DNA of 64,000 nt from Convolutriloba macropyga (Eukaryota), in contig NC_134475.1 in NCBI RefSeq assembly GCF_964194025.1, forward strand, positions 13,268,001 through 13,332,000, in the 5' to 3' direction. Made by a program: the position numbers and the translations under genes. The notes under the pieces are model-generated. The model had not been told where the DNA came from. It saw only the letters and a program-made list of their open reading frames with translations, and did no database searches. This document shows, piece after piece, positions 37,422 to 49,250 of the stretch (within the stretch, counting starts at the first letter, position 1; each line of letters starts with the position of its first letter).

Positions 37422-37810
37422 TTGTTAAATTGATTTGTTCTATTTAGATCAAAATGGTGCTCTATGGCAAATTTTCATTCATATTTAAGCTGTATATCTG
37501 AGTTCTGTTTTCCGCCGCTTTTTGCGTGTTCTAAATTTTGCATAGATTTGCTTGAGAAGAACTCGCGTCAATGAAATTCTTAAACGTTCCTTCCCTGTTG
37601 AAATTTTTTGTCTGCAAAAGTTTGTATGATTAAATTATTGCTAGACCGTACAATTGAGAAGGGGTTGGGTCTATGGCCTAATTAAATATGGCACCATCCA
37701 TTGCAGTTGAATCATGTCATCATATAGTTGTGCAAAAAAAACTAAGAGTTGATCGTGGCACCTTGTTAAAAGGCAGTTCTCAGTTTATTGCGTGTTGGTT
37801 GTTGACTTGA

Positions 37811-37823
37811 AAATTTTTTTCAG
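37811..37823 (+). promoter_or_regulatory. 3' splice acceptor 9 nt upstream of RACGAP1 ATG (candidate trans-splice site)
   Basis: aaatttttttcag|ttagcaaaaATG. Confidence 0.6.
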
Positions 37824-37832
37824 TTAGCAAAA

Positions 37833-38202
37833 ATGTCTTCAAAGACTAAACTCCAAATGGGAATGGAGAAGTTAGTGGAAATGAAGTCCCACCATCGGAC
37901 ATTGCAACATTCAACAGAATCGAGTATGGTCCGAATTCTTGAAATCCTTCAACATTATCAGGCGACCTTCATGAGTAATTCAGAAGAAGTGGATCGCTTG
38001 AAGAAAGAGAACCTGAGGCTAAAGAACGAAGTTCAACGTCTTGAGTTCTCTCTAAATGACGTGAGATTGGCTGCGAATTCAGAAGCGGAATTAAGGATTA
38101 AGTACGAGAAAGAATTGGATGATTACAGTAGGCTGATTGCCGTGCTGAAGGATTTGATAAATTCTGGCAGTTCTAACAGAGATGCTCATCTCAGCCGCCT
38201 AG
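37833..38202 (+). CDS. RACGAP1: RACGAP1/CYK-4 exon 1 (N-terminal coiled coil)
   Basis: Heptad-rich EEVDRLKKENLRLKNEVQRLEFSL...LIAVLKDLI; phase-1 donor gttggt at 38203 joins in frame to the downstream C1/GAP exons. Confidence 0.8.
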
Positions 38203-38337
38203 GTTGGTCAGTTGTTGCGCAGAAAATACTGCAACTGTTCATGCCAATGTATTCTGATTGAAATTGAAATTGATAGTTGCAGGCAATATTTTCTTGTCAA
38301 AAACCAAATATGTATCCATGTGCAGAAAGTTTTTTTG

Positions 38338-41117
38338 ATAGCCGCACAGCGATAGCTAGGGCTATTATTGACCTTCTCTTGGTTTTTCACGATTCAAAGA
38401 AATTGAATTGTTTTGGGGCGCTGTCTTTTTTTTACAACTCGAAGAGGAGTATTGGTTTTAAGGTTTTTTTTACCGGAAGTACTATTCGTTCAGACGCTGT
38501 TTTGACCTGAAAGCGAAAGTGAGAAAAATTGCTGTGTGAACTAGTTTTTCTGAGCGAGAGACGTTTTTGATCATGTGCAGCGTGTACTGAATGACTTTTT
38601 GACTTTGAAAAGTAGTTTTTGACTGAATGGCACATAAAGATAACGATAACTGTCTTTAGCCGTTTTTTCGTCCAAGTGGGCAATTTTTTGCTTGTAATTT
38701 GGTTTTTTGCAGAAATGTTTTTTATTCGATGCTATATTGAAATGTTAACCTCGGAGATTGATATCACAGTGTTTTGCAGAGCCTGAAAATGCGATTCAAG
38801 TTCAAAATTGGCACATATTTTTTTTTGGATCCTTCAGTCGTCTTTTTGTCAAAAATCAGTTAATATGGCAGCTTTCCTTTGATAATTCATATACTCAACG
38901 CCTCTTTATACATCGATGTATTTTTGTATAAATTTGTACATATGCTTATCCGATTTTTGTAGTTTTTTTCCAATTTTTCTGTGTTTCTTGTCTGTATTTT
39001 GGTTTTAATTACTAGGAAGTCTTCTTGTACAACATGAGAGACTTTAGTTTTGTTCATCATTTAATCATTTTTTAGCGTTAAGTTTTTCAAAAACAGTTAA
39101 TATTTTTTTCATAAATGAATTCCGTTTTTCATAAATTTTTTTGCAAAATGTTTTGATGTTTCGTATGTTTGAATTCTGATTTTTCTTTTTTTGTTCTGTT
39201 CAGGAGGATGAATTTTTGTCTGGGATAACTCGTTGTCTTTTCTTTGTATCAATTGCTGAACAATGAAACGTATTCGTTTTTCTCGATTTTTTCAATTTGA
39301 TTTTTAACTTTCAAAAATCAAGTTTTAGTGTCTGTTACGGTGTTCCTTTCCTTGTGTCCGTATTCGTAACATTCTATTTTGTAGCATTCTAGCTTTGTCC
39401 TGGTACCTACATTTATAATGGTTATGTTTATTTCAGTTATAAAAAAAGTTGAATGATTTCAGCTTTTTAGATTTTCGTCCTTTCTTTGTTTGCAGTTGAC
39501 GTCATTCAACATAAGGCAGTACTGAGAGTTTTCTAGATAGCCTTTTCCATTTTTTTATTACTGTTTGTTGTATTTTTCTTTCGGTCTTGGTTTTGTTTTT
39601 AAATGTTTTTTGCTTTTGAATATTATTCTGTTGCTTTTGTCTGTTCTATGATTATTTTAATTTTTGATTTAGTATGAAATCATGTTGTCTAGCAACAAGG
39701 AGGAAAGAAGTGTTGTTTTTGTTTTAATTGCAGTGATTAGTAACCTAATTGTAGTGGTTTTCTGATTCTTAAATTTGAGCATGATTTTTGGAAAAATTTA
39801 ACTTAGTTTTTAAGGTAATATTATTATCTGCCGTTTGCTTTCGCAATCATGAATTGTTTGAGAGCACTTGATAACCTTTTCAGCCTATCAGTTTTTTCTC
39901 CATCCTAATTACTGCGGATTTTTTAACGTTACCAAACGTTTTCAATAATTTTAAAATTTGGCTGCATTTTGTTTCTCTTGGTGACAGTGGTCTAAATTCC
40001 ACCAATTTTTAGATCAGAACTGAAGAGGTAATGAGTTAATGTTTTAATACAAAAAGGTAATGGCTTCAGCTGGAATTTTGGTTTTTTTGGTGAAGTTTCG
40101 ACGCTTCGAGTCGCTTCCGGAATTCTGCCGGCTGTGTTTTTGAGATCTCTTCACACATTTTCATGATTTTTGAAGTCAAACTGGAGTAGTGATTTTGGTC
40201 ACGCCGACAAGAGCGAAAAAGCGAAGGGATTCGCGGCGTAAAGTTTTTTGATCTAATTTTAAAGCAGAGTGAATAAATGGTGTTTGAACAAAAATTCGCT
40301 GTCTTGATAGTTGTTTTTTGTTCACATGCGGTAATTTCACTTCGATTTTTACTGTTCTTTTCTTTTTTTTTGGATCGGATTTTTTTCTAAATGCTTTTTC
40401 CAATCCATTCATAGTTCATTCCAGACCTAGTTTTTTTGTTTGAACCAAATTTTTATTTCTCGCTGTTTTTGTTCATAGTTGTTTTTGTTCACATGCGGCA
40501 TTTTGACATTGATTTTCTGTTTTTTTTCTATTTTTGATCGATTTTTCTTGGAAGTGGTTTTCCTAATTCACTCATAGTCCGTTCTAGGTCTAGTTTTTTG
40601 TTTAGTCAATGAAAATTGTTTGAACTGTACGTCAGGACTTGCCTGTAATGTTTTTTTTTCGTCGGTAAGATTTTTGTTTCGACCATATGTCACAACCACT
40701 TCAAATGTGCTTTTTGTTCATTCGTTCATGCTATTTCATTTGAAGTTCGTGCGTGATGTCATTTTTCGCTCTTAATGGAGCGAATTTTTTGTTCATTAGC
40801 GTGATTAAATTGTTGGTCACACGTGACTTACCTCGCTCTAAAAAATGACTTTCTCACTTTGAAATTGACTTTTATTTACTTTAATTCAAAGAGATAAGTT
40901 CAATTGAAAATTGAATGTGTGTCACTCGAAATAAAGGTTGTTTGAGAGCAGCTAGTAGAGGCAGCTATAGATTATACGGATTTCTATTCAAAATTTAACA
41001 TCTCAGCCTTCAATGAAAAGACTATTTTTTTGGTCCATCATTTTTTACTGTTTTTTTTTGAGACTGCAGATCTACAAATCTATTGTGGTTATTTTCGGGC
41101 AATCTGCCAGCTATGTT
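38338..41117 (+). mobile_element. Composite A[B[C]]; B = ~38388-40652, C = ~38433-40138
   Basis: Nested termini as above; C body differs from the 4164/14074 type. Confidence 0.75.
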
Positions 41118-41379
41118 TATTACAGCTTGTTCGCAAATGAAGACAAAGTTCTCAAACTATTTGGAACTACCGCCTTTTCCACATAATTTTTGTTCTAGAA
41201 TTTGCGGGCTAAAGCACTTTTAAAACTGCACTTGTTACCCAAAGCACTCACAATTACAATATTAAGATGCCGGTGATTTTTCCGGCAGGCTTTGAAATGG
41301 TTTTAATTCTGATTTCAAAAAGACCGCCACATAATAGCAATTGGAAAGTTTGATAGATACTCGTATGTTTTGTTTATAG

Positions 41380-41585
41380 CGGACAAAGATCGTGAGCTGT
41401 TGGACATGGCAACATTTCAGCACACTTTGAAGAAAGAGGAGGCCAAGAGGAAACCCCGCTTCTCTGACAAGTTCAACAAGACACCTGATTTTAACCTAGC
41501 CGGGAGGAGATCCTGGTGCAGTGATGGAGAGACCAGCACTAGTCAAGCAGACGCTCTCTCTTCCGAGGAGGAACTGCGCATCAAA
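41380..41585 (+). CDS. RACGAP1: RACGAP1 exon 2
   Basis: tag acceptor (phase 1), open frame, donor gttagt at 41586 (phase 0). Confidence 0.75.
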
Positions 41586-41689
41586 GTTAGTTTTTGCGCG
41601 ACCTTTTTTTAAAATTTGAATCGTACTCAATTGATGCAACACTGATTGTTTTCCCCTCAAATGTTGTGAATTAAATGCAAGGGCTCTGT

Positions 41690-42450
41690 AAACGTGCGTG
41701 TCTTTTTTATGCAATATTTTTGTTGACCATTTTGCACTTTTGCTCTTAAACATTCTTTGCTTTCAAGTGACTTTTTTAAGCTTGACTTTATTTCTATGTG
41801 GTCTCAATTGCTCTTGTTCAGAATTGAAGTTTGTTGCTAAAATATGATCGATTAAGTAGCAAAGCCGTCATATCTTAGTAGTTAAGATGGCAGGCTGCAG
41901 TTAGTTCTAGAGGTCGCGGGGAAACCCTATGAGGGCGGATTTTTTCCACCCAAAAAATTGTGGTCTTAATGCGATTTTTTGCTTAACCGATTTTTCGTCT
42001 CATTTATTTGACTTTTCGTCCTGAAAAGCAGGTAATGCTCGGAGGGCATTAAGTGGCCGTGCAGCTCTCTTAAGGCCTGGCGTCTTACTAGTCTCAGTAT
42101 GCTTTTCACCGAAACTGTTCTGAGGAGACCTTTTCAGTGTGTGATGGGGCAGTTCTTTGTCTTAAAAGTTAGACCCCCTCAGTCACCCCCTCCCGACACC
42201 CCCGTATACCCTCCCGAGACCTGGAAATTTGGATCCCCTTCTTGTCCAGCTCTCCCATAACCCTACTCACTTCTCATCGCATAACCCTCCACCTCACCGC
42301 TTAACCCTCCAACCCCCTACCGCTTAACCCCCACTTCGCTTACCACCCCCCACCAGCTAATGCTAGCATCCCTAAGCCCCAGCTGCCTACTATTGAAGCC
42401 AGCCAGCTGCTCGCGGGTTGTTTGAGAGCAGTTTGCTAATCGGTTATGTT
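41690..42450 (+). mobile_element. Family E element with tRNA-like segment and C-rich tract
   Basis: Homology to other E copies; ends gtttgagagcagtt...aatcggttatgtt. Confidence 0.6.
41864..41938 (+). pseudogene. Degenerate tRNA-like sequence inside family E (related fragments at ~8056-8100 and ~30468-30545)
   Basis: gccgtca...tgagggc acceptor-like pairing, D-arm-like tcttagtagttaaga, broken T-loop; the 8056 fragment has A-box-like tagcgcagttggtaa and ggactgctaatc. Confidence 0.4.
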
Positions 42451-42454
42451 ATTG

Positions 42455-42970
42455 GTAGCGGCCCTCACCTACTCAATCAAATATTGTAGCAGGCCTATTT
42501 TTTTTACTTTGTCGAATAAAAATTTGTTTTACTTTACCTTAATTCACAGCTTGTTCAACTTTTACTTATTGCTTTCTCAAAATATTTTCACTCTTTTCTA
42601 ATTCTGCTCAAAGCGCTTTTAAACAGCAGTTGATCAGCCGAGCAATTTAAAATGAAAAGACTCAATACGGAACAACGAAATCAAAAATAGAAGAGCGATA
42701 AACCCAAAGTCCAATTTTAGACGCACGCTACGTAACTTGTTTAGTTTGCTTTTTTTAAGTTTTATAAGGTTTTGTATTAATACTAGTCACTGTACTACCC
42801 CTGTATCCATTCATTATGAAACAGGTGTATGTCTAACTACAAAATGAAAAAAATTTTCGCTTTTTTAATTTTTGGACAAGCTATCTTTTCCTTTTTTTTC
42901 TGTTATTTCAATCCCAATCGGGGTTATGGCAGTCAATAGCTGCTCTTTTCTGGCAATCTGCCTGTAATAT
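42455..42970 (+). mobile_element. Diverged solo A' element
   Basis: Body homologous to 12522-13011; degenerate termini. Confidence 0.55.
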
Positions 42971-43608
42971 TTATTTGTTTTCAAAGTATATATCTTTTTT
43001 AGTCCTGTTGGTCTTTGTTATGCAATTTTAGTTCGATCGTTTTTGTCTGACCAACAAATTTCGTGACTTTTTGTCTTGAGAAACGGGATAAAGTGGTAGA
43101 GTCCCAGGGCATTAAGTCACTGACCTGCTCGCTACGATCCTGACTTTTTTCTCTATATGTGCGACTCATGGAAACTGTTAGAGACAAATTCATTGTGTGA
43201 AGTGGAATTCTTTCGGTTTTGGACCCCACGATTATGAATTATGTCGTTAAATTCACGAAGGGAGCTTAATTGAGTGGCTGAGAATCTACGAGATATCAAA
43301 TTTCAACAGTCACTCTTTGAATTCATTGCCTTGATTTTTGCGATACTCATTTGTCAAACGTGCAACTTCAATGCATCCGGATAGCTCTTTCAAATGCTTT
43401 TGTTTGAGGGAAAGAATATTTAGAAAGCATGTTATGAACTGAGTAGCTTTGACTTGAACCTAAGTTCAAATTTGTTCCTGTCAACAGCACACAAACACTT
43501 GCTGCGCAAGCTCATTGGTCGATCAGTTAGAAAAAAAGATTAATTATTATTTGGTACAATTGAATCAAAACATCGTAAAAATTGCGTGGGGTTTTGTCCT
43601 TTTTGTTC

Positions 43609-46507
43609 AATAGCCGCACAGCGATAGCTGGGTCTATTATTGGCCTTCTCTTGGTTTTTTTACGACTCGTTTTGACCTAAAAGCGAACGAGTAAAATTGT
43701 CATGTGAACTAATTTCTTCTGAGCAAGAGGTTTTTGATCATGCGCTTCAATCAGTGAATGACTTTTCGTCTTTGAAAAGTGTTTTTGAGAGAATGGTGCT
43801 TATAGATAACTCCTTTTTGACGGTTTTTTCATCCATTTGATTCAATTTCTTTCCTTGCATATTTTTGTATTAATAGTTTTTGACCAATGCTGCATTAATA
43901 TCTAGCTCGCTGAAATTGATACCACAAAGTTTTTGAACGCCTAATGCGTTTTAAGTGCAAAATAGGCACATATCTTTTTTATTTTATTAATAGCCGCACA
44001 GCGATGGCTGGGGCTATTATTGGCCTTCTCTTGGTTTTTTATTTCGTCGTCGCGATTTTTGTTACGACCATATGACGTCACAACCACTTCAAATCTGCTT
44101 TTTGTTCATTCGTTTATGCAATTTCAACTGAAGTGCCTGTGTGACGTTGTTTTTTGCTCTTAGTGGAGCGAGTTTTTTTGTTCATTCGCGTGATTAAATT
44201 TTTGGTCACACTTGACTTACCTCACTATCAAAAATGACTTCCTCGCTTTGAAATTGACTGTTGTTTACTTTAATTCAAAGAGATAATGTCAAATGGGTGT
44301 GTGTGTCACTCTAAATGAAGTTTATTTGAGAGCAGCTAATAGAGGCAGCAAAAACTTATACAGATTTTTAATCGAAATATAACATATCAGTCTTCATTGA
44401 AAAGACGAATTTTTTTGTCTGTCCTTTTTACTGTTTTTTGAGACTGCAGATCTACGAAGCTACTATTTTCTGGCAATCTGCCAGCTATGTTTTTTTTCAT
44501 TTTTTCTTTATTTTTGTATCTTTGAAAGGACATTTTTCTAGAGAACAAGTGTATCTGGCAACGACCTTTTGACAGCTTAATCATTAGCCACTTAGCTATA
44601 GCTTACCTCATTTTTGTTTTGTAGGATTTTAAATATACTAATCCGATTTTTGTCCACTTTTTTGTTTTCAGTTAGTATAAAGTCTTTTTGTGCACAGCGG
44701 GGAATTTTTATTTTGTGTTTTGAATAATTAGTATGGTTCTTGGCTTTATCTTAGTAACTCATTGAGAAATTGTTTTCAGAAACGCAGTTTTAACGATATA
44801 TTTTTTTTACAAAATTTACGAAAAATTTATACAACTATTTTTGCAAAATTGTTTAGTGTTCTAATTATTGAAACTGTTGCAACTTGTTTCGAATAGACAA
44901 TAAGTTGGGCATGTAATCTTCCGAGCCATGAATGCTGTATAAAATTGTCTGTTTTTCTACTTAATTTTTCTATCTGATTTTTCGAAGTAGTCTTTTTGTT
45001 TCTTTTTTCTTTTTTGGCATTGTTTTTGTATTATATAAACTCTAGCCCGTATCATTCTAGCTTTCACCTAGAATGTTTTTTCTCAATAATTTGCCTTTCG
45101 TTGAAAAGTTTTGTTTTCACATTTGATAGATTTCTCAAAATTTTCTTGGTTTGCAATAGTTTTCATATATAATGTACTTCTTAGGCTTTGCTAGGTTTAG
45201 TTTCAGAAACTGTTACTGATACCTAGTTTTTGTGAATTTTTTGGGGCCAGATTTCTAATAAACTATTTTTCTTTATATTTGAGTGTTACTCTGTTCCTTT
45301 TGTTTTCAAGATTCTTTTTATTTGGCAGTATTTTGATTTCATTTTCTCTGCTATCTCCAACAAGAAAAAAAATCTATCTTAATCTTCTTTTCTAATTTTT
45401 AAGTGCTCTGAAGTCCTCTTAAAAATGTTTAGTGTGTTCTTAAGTCCTCTTAATTTCAGTTGAGGTAAGCAACTTTTGTGGAAAGCAATTTTCGATGAAG
45501 GCAATTTTATTTCTAAGACTGAAATATGCTTACCGACTGTCTTTTAGGTCGCAGAGTGAATTGTGTAGCGCCGATTTTTTTTGAATAATATGTTTAATTC
45601 TTTCGTGAGTTTTTAGCCGGTCCGTTTTTTTAGCTTATCAATTTTTTTGCCGTCTGAGAATTTTGGCCAATTTTCAACACCACCAGATATTTTTAGTAAA
45701 TTGAAAGTTTGCGTTATGAAGATATCTCAGTGAATGCTTCTGTCAACCTTATGTCTTTAGATTTAAATATTTGATTCTTTTCTTATGATATCGAATGATT
45801 GACTTGTTTTGGTGTTAGCTAGTTTCAATGATGTCAATCGTCAAATCTTTATCGTTATGAGGTATAACATTTTTACCGATTTTTTTTTCATCGAAGCTGA
45901 TGAGGTAAGGAATAACCGTTTTAAGACAAATAATGATAATGGTAATTTAAATTTTAAGATAATTAATGGTTTCGTCTTTAGTTATGGTTTTGCTGGTGAA
46001 GTTGCGACGCTTCGAGTCGCTTCCGGAAGTCTTCCTTTTTTATTTCGGAATTCTTCCGGCTATGTTTTTTATTTCGTCTTCAAGAGGTTTTTACGACCAG
46101 AAACTGCTTTTTGCTCATTTGTTCATGCAATTTCAATTGAATTGCGTGCGTGACGTCATTTTTCACTCTTTGTGGAGCAAGATTTTTTTTCTTTCGCGTG
46201 ATGAAGTTTTTGGTCACACGTGACTTACCTACCTCACTCTCAAAAATGACTTCCTGACTCTAAAGTTGACTGTTCTTTTCTTTAATTCAAAGAGATAAGG
46301 TCAAGTGCGTGTGTGTGTGTGTGTGTGTGTGTGCCACTCGAAGGTTATTTGAGAGCATCTATTAGAAGCATCAATAAGTTTGACAGATTCCTAATCAAAA
46401 TGTAACATCTGAGGATTTAATAAACTTTTTGTGTCTGTTATTATATTTTTGAGAGTGCAGATCTACGAAGCTATTCGGCTATTTTCTGGCAGTCTGCTTG
46501 CTATGTT
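43609..46507 (+). mobile_element. Composite A[C]; C = ~43661-46066, itself interrupted by a solo A (43989-44491); (GT)n at ~46309-46333
   Basis: A 5' module followed directly by tacgactcg; C 3' cttcgagtcgcttccggaa...ccggctatgtt; A body and 3' module. Confidence 0.75.
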
Positions 46508-46696
46508 TTCTTTCTTGTTGATCTCCCAAGTCTTTTGTGCTGCGGCGGGAGTTGTAATGTCAAGGTCATTGGTTACAACACTGATTAAAAAACTGAAAAA
46601 AGAACAGAAAACAAATGAGGATTCTGAACAATAACAATACTGAATAGCCTAAGTTCTGGATGTCTTTTTACCAACAGCTTTTGTTTGAATTATTAG

Positions 46697-46918
46697 GAAA
46701 TACAGAGAAAGAGTAAACGGCGGTCAAGTGTACATCTTCCGGAGGAGACGCCCAAGCAGAAGCACGTTAGATACGACAACCATAATCACCAGCAGCCCCT
46801 ACATGCAAAGTGGCCAATGAGTGCGCATGTAGGAGGCAGCAGTGCAGTTGCTGTACATGCGCTAGCCAGTACTGGTTCATCATCTGCGAGCTTGGAGAGT
46901 GTTGGAAACCAAGCAAAG
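46697..46918 (+). CDS. RACGAP1: RACGAP1 exon 3 (basic, Ser-rich linker; not in ORF track)
   Basis: EIQRKSKRRSSVHLPEETPK...VGNQAK, 222 nt open frame, tag/gtgaga boundaries. Confidence 0.78.
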
Positions 46919-47345
46919 GTGAGATATGGTGATTAATGAACATTGTCGTATCTGGTTTTTCAGAGCGTAACCTGTTGCCAGCACTGAATGAAGCAAGCTA
47001 AAATCTGTGAAAAGTTACGTCCAATAAATGATCTGACGCCATTAGTTAGACATAATTCTGACTGCCGCATTTGCCAATAAGTTTTGACAAAAGAGTTAGT
47101 GATTTTGACTATTTTAAACTGTTTCATTCGATGACAAGACAAATGAGCTAAATAATTACCAAGTTTTTTTATTCATCTCAAGCTGCGTTTCTGATTTCAT
47201 GCAATTTTATTTTGCCATGCTCACCTGTTTATCGACAACAGCTGTTATAAACAAGTCGAGACTGACTTACCCTGTTGAGCACACAATTGTGTTGGATTTA
47301 AAAGATTTACTTGCACATTCCTATCAATTTTGTTGTTGTTTTTAG

Positions 47346-47656
47346 CATTGTTTCACAAAGAAGACAATACTACGTACTGAAGACTGTACTGTGTGCGGAA
47401 AGAAACTAAAGTTCAGCAACGAAGCACATAAATGCAAGAATTGTAAGTTTGTTTGTCACTCCGCATGCAAGATGGAGGCTTTGCTCAGACCCTGTCCCAA
47501 GAATGTAGTCAGTGGAATCAAATCGATCGGAAAACTTGCTCAGTTCTGCCCAACTCAGCCACCCTATGTGCCCAAAGTTCTGGCCACTATTGTGAAGGAG
47601 ATCGAAGCCAGAGGACGAACAGAATCTGGACTCTACCGGATTCCAGGGACGCACAA
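47346..47656 (+). CDS. RACGAP1: RACGAP1 exon 4 (C1 domain + start of RhoGAP with Arg finger)
   Basis: HCFTKKTIL..DCTVCGKKLKF...KCKNCKFVCHSAC...PC; EIEARGRTESGLYRIPG. Confidence 0.93.
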
Positions 47657-48211
47657 GTAAACAACTCTTCTTTTTGTATTGTGCTCCAATACTGTTTTAT
47701 AAGGTTTGTTTCAAATTTACTTAGACTGGTAATGTACACAATGTCGAGATAACAGTAGTTTCATAGTTAGGTCTTAAGTAGTTAGAAGTGTTTGCACATC
47801 CAAGCAAATAATTTTCTATGTGTGAAAGCTGCAAAATGGTATTTTACATAACTCAATTTAAGGGTGACGCTGTCGACAAAAAAATTGGTCATAATTAAAA
47901 TTTCTGGATAATAAAGGAGATGTTAATGCCCAGTATTAACTTCTTCATTGAATCAATGTAAGTCGCCATATTTGGCGATTGATTTGTGTAAAGCGCCATG
48001 TTTGTAATGATTGCTAACAAAAAGATGAAAGAAAACTCATGTAAAACGGAAGTGATGTTTTTGATATAATCTGAAAAACATGGGAAACCAACAAATAAAC
48101 ATGAAAACAAGAAAAAAAGACTGAATACGGCCAAGGATAGGCCACCGTCGAGTTCAGGAGTGCTGTTTTGTGTGATATAATACGTTGAATAAGATAAGGG
48201 TGTTGGCTTAG

Positions 48212-48397
48212 GATTGTTGGTGACATTATGGACCAGATTTCGAGAAGCAAGACACCCTACTTGAGTGGCCACGACATACACACAGTGTGCAGTGTGATGA
48301 AAGACTTCATCAGGAGAATGGAGGAGCCAATTGTCTCTTACAGACTACACAAACAGTTCATGAACACTGCAGACATGGACAGCTCAGATGCAGCCGC
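48212..48397 (+). CDS. RACGAP1: RACGAP1 exon 5 (RhoGAP)
   Basis: DIHTVCSVMKDFIRRMEEPIVSYRLHKQFM; phase 2 at both ends; gtaagt donor. Confidence 0.92.
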
Positions 48398-48665
48398 GTA
48401 AGTGCAAATCACTTCTTCTATCTTTCCTTTATCAACTCCAGCAACCACTTTTGTATTCAATAGGCAGCACTGCCGGTTTACATATAGGGTGAGTAGTAAG
48501 AAATGGGGATTAATCAGCATTCATTTTTCTATATTTTGAAACGTCCGCCATTTTCACAAGCGCCTTCCCTCGCACTATGTTACCCTGACAAAAGCATAAT
48601 AGGGGCTATAATGCGAAAGACGCCAATATTATTACCGGAGGAGACTAAAAATTTCTGTGTTACAG

Positions 48666-48849
48666 AGTGCTGGTTTCTCTGATCTCTGAGCTTCCAGTTG
48701 TGAACCGGGATACACTCTCCTTCATCATGCTGCATCTGAAGAGGGTGGCCCAGTGGAAGCACTGCTCGATGGGAAGTGACAACCTTAGCAAGATATTTGG
48801 ACCCACTCTCATCAGACACTCGGCTGAGTGTGTAAACACTGAAAACAAC
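48666..48849 (+). CDS. RACGAP1: RACGAP1 exon 6 (RhoGAP)
   Basis: ISELPVVNRDTLSFIMLHLKRVAQ...MGSDNLSKIFGPTLI; donor gttagt at 48850 chosen by phase match. Confidence 0.9.
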
Positions 48850-49250
48850 GTTAGTAGATAAGCTGTCAACACAAAGGTTTTTCTTAACCGAGTAAGTGGT
48901 GTGTTTTGTGGAAGATTACTTATCCATGTTTCATCCTTGAATTTTATGAAAAGCAGCTATCACATACTATGATTGTATGGCACTTCAATAGTACTTTTCA
49001 TCATATCCCTGCATGGTAATTTCTGTTTTTTTTGCATCCGGCAGAAGTTAGTGACTGTTTTGTGTTCTTGCTATCCTAGTTTTCTTGAACAGTTTTGATC
49101 GAACACCATATCATTCAGTAAGGTGATCCTACAAGTATATAAACTGTGATTGCTTTTATTTTTTGCTCGTATATTGTGAAACTATATTTCTCTGTTTTCC
49201 TTGAATTTTTAGTTGGTCGGCTTGTCAGGTGATTTTTTCTTTCAATTTTT

